The notes under the pieces: model-generated
The model's database searches: none
What the model saw: only the letters and a program-made list of their open reading frames with translations
What the model was told of the DNA's origin: nothing
Source: Desulfatiglandales bacterium
GTDB lineage: Bacteria > Desulfobacterota > DSM-4660 > Desulfatiglandales > Desulfatiglandaceae
Assembly: GCA_963666345.1 (NCBI GenBank)
Contig: OY762721.1
Coordinates: forward strand, 1,888,001-1,952,000
Reading direction: 5' to 3'
DNA length: 64,000 nt
Shown here: in pieces, positions 60,239-64,000 of the stretch
Numbering within the stretch: the first letter of the stretch is position 1
Layout of the letters: every line of letters starts with the position of its first letter
Made by a program: the position numbers and the translations under genes

Positions 60239-61579
60239 TCAACTGGCTGTTAAGCGAGACATGCCCTTTCGACGAAATACTGAAAATGCCAATAATAGTA
60301 GTAAAAATATAAAAAAATGAAATTGGTGTTTTAAAAAGACGCTAAGATCACCATTATTTAAAAACCATGGCATTTTAAAAAAAATATACAAAACGATGGG
60401 GAACGCGCTTTGATATACTTTTACGACACCATAACATTGCCGCTGCATCCAACCAATGCCCACTCCAAAAACCATACACCCAGCAAGAACGCCAATTAAA
60501 CCTCCTCCATACCAAAACGAACCAACCAAGCCAGGTGGTATCCCCCCTTCTTGGCTGCCCGTCAACAATTCAGTATTGTAGTCAGAAATTCGAGTTGGTT
60601 TATCCAAACCACTTCCGAGCAGTCTGGTAGGAATTAAATGCAGAGGAGCGACCCAGAAATGCTCCATTAAATTAAAGTGAATATCGCTATCCATGGCTAC
60701 CCCAAGTGATTTTATTGGATGAGCAAATTCACTAATGAGTCGACCGTATAAGTATTCTGTTTCTCTATAGCCTATCGAATCAAAAGCATACGAAATTTCA
60801 TCACCTCTAAAAATGCCGGTAGTGGCTATAATTGCTTTTTTCCCGTATGCGACAAACCATAATCCGATAATAAGGGCCAATACTAAAGCAGTAATTTTTT
60901 TTACATTTAGATGCAAACCACGTAAATTAAAATGAATAAACAAACTCATCAGAATCACCTGAAAAATAGCGCCTCGTCCGCCTTTGATAAGCCCATAGGA
61001 TATAATTACAATTACAGTACCCATTAGAACAGCAATATATTTCTTTTTATACCTCGAATTCTGATACAATTTATATTGACATATAGCAAAGACGACATAA
61101 GCAATGCCGACAAAATATTGTGCAAGGCCCCCCCCTTGCGCATCAATTATGTCCTTTCCCGTGAGTCTGTTCATTGCAGCATAAGACAAGGCATTTATAA
61201 ACCCACCATAACTATACGCATATGTGTATAATGCGCCACAAGAAATAAGGAAAGCAAACAATACGAATCGGTATTCAAGCTTTTCGTTTATCTTTACTTT
61301 AGGTGAAACTTTAAATATTGGCAATCCGTATGATAGATAATACCCAGAAATTAAAGCCAGCAATCCAACTAAGGCCACAAATCTTGGCATCCAGGGAACT
61401 CCATCACAAAATGGGGCACAATTATATGACAGGGGTAACAGCTCAGGAATTATAAAATAAAGCAGTACATACATAGCCAGAACAAATCGAAATGCATCTA
61501 TTAGGAGTCGTTTTTTACGTGATATCTCAAATAAGAAAAGAGAACTTATAATCAAAAATGTAATGCTTATGCTTAGCAA
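60239..61579 (-). CDS. Putative O-antigen/EPS polymerase (Wzy-like)
   Basis: Many TM segments, GGRG and GGIPPGLVG loops, AT-rich, inside the glycan cluster. Confidence 0.7.
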   Translation of the reverse strand: MLSISITFLIISSLFLFEISRKKRLLIDAFRFVLAMYVLLYFIIPELLPLSYNCAPFCDGVPWMPRFVALVGLLALISGYYLSYGLPIFKVSPKVKINEKLEYRFVLFAFLISCGALYTYAYSYGGFINALSYAAMNRLTGKDIIDAQGGGLAQYFVGIAYVVFAICQYKLYQNSRYKKKYIAVLMGTVIVIISYGLIKGGRGAIFQVILMSLFIHFNLRGLHLNVKKITALVLALIIGLWFVAYGKKAIIATTGIFRGDEISYAFDSIGYRETEYLYGRLISEFAHPIKSLGVAMDSDIHFNLMEHFWVAPLHLIPTRLLGSGLDKPTRISDYNTELLTGSQEGGIPPGLVGSFWYGGGLIGVLAGCMVFGVGIGWMQRQCYGVVKVYQSAFPIVLYIFFKMPWFLNNGDLSVFLKHQFHFFIFLLLLLAFSVFRRKGMSRLTAS

Positions 61580-61619
61580 ACTAAATTTCCTAAAGTGGCA
61601 CAGGGCAAGGGGGTAGCGG

Positions 61620-61790
61620 TACGATGGTTAAGATTATCCAAGTTTCTCCGGACGTCAGAGTACATCGTGTACTGGTGAAGAGCAACCTCTTCACATTTGA
61701 ACATTTGCCAGGGTCTCTCCGCAAAAATATTATAGTACACGGGGCCCCGGACATCCATACTGATTCTGATGCCTTTCTTCTCCAATGGCG
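61620..61790 (-). pseudogene. IS3-family transposase remnant
   Basis: LEKKGIRISMDVRGPVYYNIFAERPWQMFKCEEV resembles the IS3 ISMDGRG...DN.FIERLW...KYEEV segment. Confidence 0.65.
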
Positions 61791-61817
61791 ACGTATTTTT
61801 TGCCTTTGGCGATTTAT

Positions 61818-62954
61818 TCAAGATCTTTCTCCCAGCAATTGTTTTGCTCTGGCCTGCCATGTAAAATTCTTCGTAAAATGCCTATTTGCCTCAGCACCCA
61901 ATCTATGCCGCAGTTCTGGCTCATCCCTTAGCCGCTTCAGGCCATTTTCCCATGCGTCCACATCATCAGGCGGGCAAAGGAGTACGTTGCGATCATGGTC
62001 CATTACCTCGCGAAGCGCCGGCAGGTCCGAACAGATGATAGCCTTAGATGCGGCCATGTATTCAAATATTTTTATAGGGGACATCCAATGAACAGTATTT
62101 CCTCCTCCACCAGCATTAACAGAGGAAACAGATACTTCATGCTGATAAGGCGCCAGGAGAATGTCAAATGCAACGCGTATCCTCTCGGCATTTACGGGTG
62201 ACACAAAACCGTGGAAAATGATATTTTTTAGGTTGACAGTTCGATCCTTCCAAAAAACAATATCCTTTTCTGATCCGCCCACCAAGTGAAAGTCAGCCCA
62301 ATCACAGGTTTTTGCAAGCGCTACGATGACATCCACACCCCGTCCTCTATACAAATGCCCCACATACCCCACCTGAAGGCGCTTACCTTTGTTCGGCAGT
62401 TCCACAGGGATCACACCTTCAGGGATAGGATCAGCGCCATCCGGAGCGACCTGGATTTTTCCCCTAGTCTGCAGATATTTGGCTTCGTAGTCTTTTTTGA
62501 GGGCATGGGTAATGACTACCAGCTTCTGCAAACAAGGCGACCTGATCAGCCCGCGAAACATCAATTCACTTACGCTGCCACGGTCTTCTGTCGGACCGTG
62601 CGATTCAAACACCACGGGTAAGCTAAACAAAGCTGCGAAAAAACATCCGGCAAGGTTTCTGCAATATACCAAATCCGGCTTGAGCGTCTTGGCCTTTCTT
62701 CCGGCCAGCAGGCCGTAAATATACGTCCGGCCTTTGATAGGCAGCCAGGGCAGCTTCACGATCTCGAAACACTTTTCCACACCGTAGAAGGCAAAAGCAT
62801 CTTCCACACCCTGTTCAACATCATTTTTTCTATCCGGAGCAATTAAAACCACCTCATGCCCGTTCCTGGCAAATGCCTGGCACATTTTCATAACATGAAT
62901 GCTGTTGGCGGCACGGGAGGGAATGGTGGAGGAGGAGATGTAGGTGATTTTCAT
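61818..62954 (-). CDS. Glycosyltransferase family 4
   Basis: YVGHLYRGRG, SPIKIFEYMA, SDLPALREV. Confidence 0.92.
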   Translation of the reverse strand: MKITYISSSTIPSRAANSIHVMKMCQAFARNGHEVVLIAPDRKNDVEQGVEDAFAFYGVEKCFEIVKLPWLPIKGRTYIYGLLAGRKAKTLKPDLVYCRNLAGCFFAALFSLPVVFESHGPTEDRGSVSELMFRGLIRSPCLQKLVVITHALKKDYEAKYLQTRGKIQVAPDGADPIPEGVIPVELPNKGKRLQVGYVGHLYRGRGVDVIVALAKTCDWADFHLVGGSEKDIVFWKDRTVNLKNIIFHGFVSPVNAERIRVAFDILLAPYQHEVSVSSVNAGGGGNTVHWMSPIKIFEYMAASKAIICSDLPALREVMDHDRNVLLCPPDDVDAWENGLKRLRDEPELRHRLGAEANRHFTKNFTWQARAKQLLGERS

Positions 62955-63706
62955 TGTTTGTCCTTCTCCAGAACAACCACGAGATGAAAACCAGTTTGTT
63001 TGTCTGCTATTCTATGCTTATTCCAAATCTGTTTCCAAGCAAGGCGCATAAAAGGTTTCACTTCAAGGCTAAAGAACCTGTTATCAAAAAAGCGTTTAAA
63101 AATGTTAAGCCACCAAGGCTTGGAAAAAACATGCTCTTCCCGTAGTACCGCAAGATTTACTCCGCTTTGCTTTAACTGCTTTTTCAAAAGTTCGATTGTG
63201 TAATGCCTAAAATGCTTTTTATTCAACGGAACAACTGTGGTAGGTACAGAAATTATAATTTTACCATTATCATTAACTCGTTCGTATAGCGCATGAAAAA
63301 AATCCGGCAAATCTTCTTCCGGGATATGCTCAATTACTTCAATGGCTGCAACAATATCAAATGTATCCTCCAAGGTACTGACATCTTGATCATAAAAGGT
63401 GCAATCCGGATGAAAAGCCTTCGCAAATGCTACTGCTTTTGATGACAAATCTACACCTACTCGCACAGGCACGTTTGAGGGCAGGCCCCCAACAAAGTAA
63501 CCATCGCCGCATCCTACTTCCAATACGGACTGTGGATTCATGGCAACCACTTTTTCATGGATATGCTTCTGGTAGCAAAGATAGTCGAACCCCCAGTTGA
63601 GTTTGCGGAGCAATGTAGGTATCCCGTTTTTATCAAAATGCGGAATGTAGTGGTATGGGAATTCGTACAGGGAGTCCTGAATTTGAAATTTTTTTTGGTT
63701 TGCCAC
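62951..63706 (-). CDS. Class I SAM methyltransferase
   Basis: VLEVGCGDG, GVDLS, IEVIEHI. Confidence 0.9.
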   Translation of the reverse strand: MANQKKFQIQDSLYEFPYHYIPHFDKNGIPTLLRKLNWGFDYLCYQKHIHEKVVAMNPQSVLEVGCGDGYFVGGLPSNVPVRVGVDLSSKAVAFAKAFHPDCTFYDQDVSTLEDTFDIVAAIEVIEHIPEEDLPDFFHALYERVNDNGKIIISVPTTVVPLNKKHFRHYTIELLKKQLKQSGVNLAVLREEHVFSKPWWLNIFKRFFDNRFFSLEVKPFMRLAWKQIWNKHRIADKQTGFHLVVVLEKDKQ

Positions 63707-63999
63707 TATTTATATCCTTTTGCCGCTTTAAAATATATCTCCAGTGAAACTAAAAGCGATATAAGCTGAGAGTGATTAGCTTGACCTGTTTGATGCTCCT
63801 GCCAAATTATCGGGATATTGATTTCTTTGACCAACCCCCTATATTGAAGATCATCTAAGCTTTTTTGTGCAAAGGCTTTCAGATCATCCTTTTTTCTATA
63901 GCTTAGCTCAAAATCAATATAGTTCAAGCCCTGCGCTGATCCTGAAAAAACAAATGGCAGGTATTTTCGCCCAGTGTATCCGATTCTGTTTGTAATCCG
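63706..63999 (-). CDS. C-terminus of a probable asparagine-synthase-related protein (partial)
   Basis: Frame is open to the window edge; ends IWQEHQTGQANHSQLISLLVSLEIYF, which resembles AsnB C-termini. Confidence 0.55.
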   Translation of the reverse strand, partial: RITNRIGYTGRKYLPFVFSGSAQGLNYIDFELSYRKKDDLKAFAQKSLDDLQYRGLVKEINIPIIWQEHQTGQANHSQLISLLVSLEIYFKAAKGYK

Positions 64000-64000
64000 T

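Noticed and set aside
1..64000. tRNA or rRNA genes
   Set aside because: No cloverleaf or rRNA signature recognised by eye; tRNAscan-SE and barrnap would be needed to exclude them.

Overview
This 64-kb window looks like a chromosomal segment of a sulfate-reducing deltaproteobacterium (Desulfobacterota). The acidic N-terminal extension on DsrA suggests a Desulfatiglans-like lineage, which is inference. From left to right it holds: (1) an oxygen-defence cluster (FTR, glutaredoxin, ferredoxin, FprA, flavodoxin, desulfoferrodoxin, two rubrerythrins and five tiny Cys-rich rubredoxin-type proteins, three of them missing from the ORF track); (2) a PAS sigma-54 activator, two DUF4139-like exported proteins and a radical SAM gene; (3) purD, a racemase, ACT/paaK, a histidine kinase plus NtrC-family pair, rnc-rSAM-era and pyrR; (4) dsrABD with divergent dsrN-dsrC; (5) a 24-kb surface-glycan locus whose distal end is interrupted by four toxin-antitoxin modules and a RAYT-type HUH transposase with REP-like hairpins. 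The strongest unannotated signals are: a candidate ~60-nt sigma-54-dependent sRNA with an anti-Shine-Dalgarno seed right after the two-component system; a ~305-bp circularly permuted repeat in three copies with a ~190-nt covarying hairpin; a 391-bp MITE with 8-bp target duplication carrying a four-helix-bundle remnant; a duplicated RelE module with an amber-broken antitoxin; and repeat DNA inserted in-frame into glycan enzymes. All family calls come from reading motifs by eye; no database searches were run.
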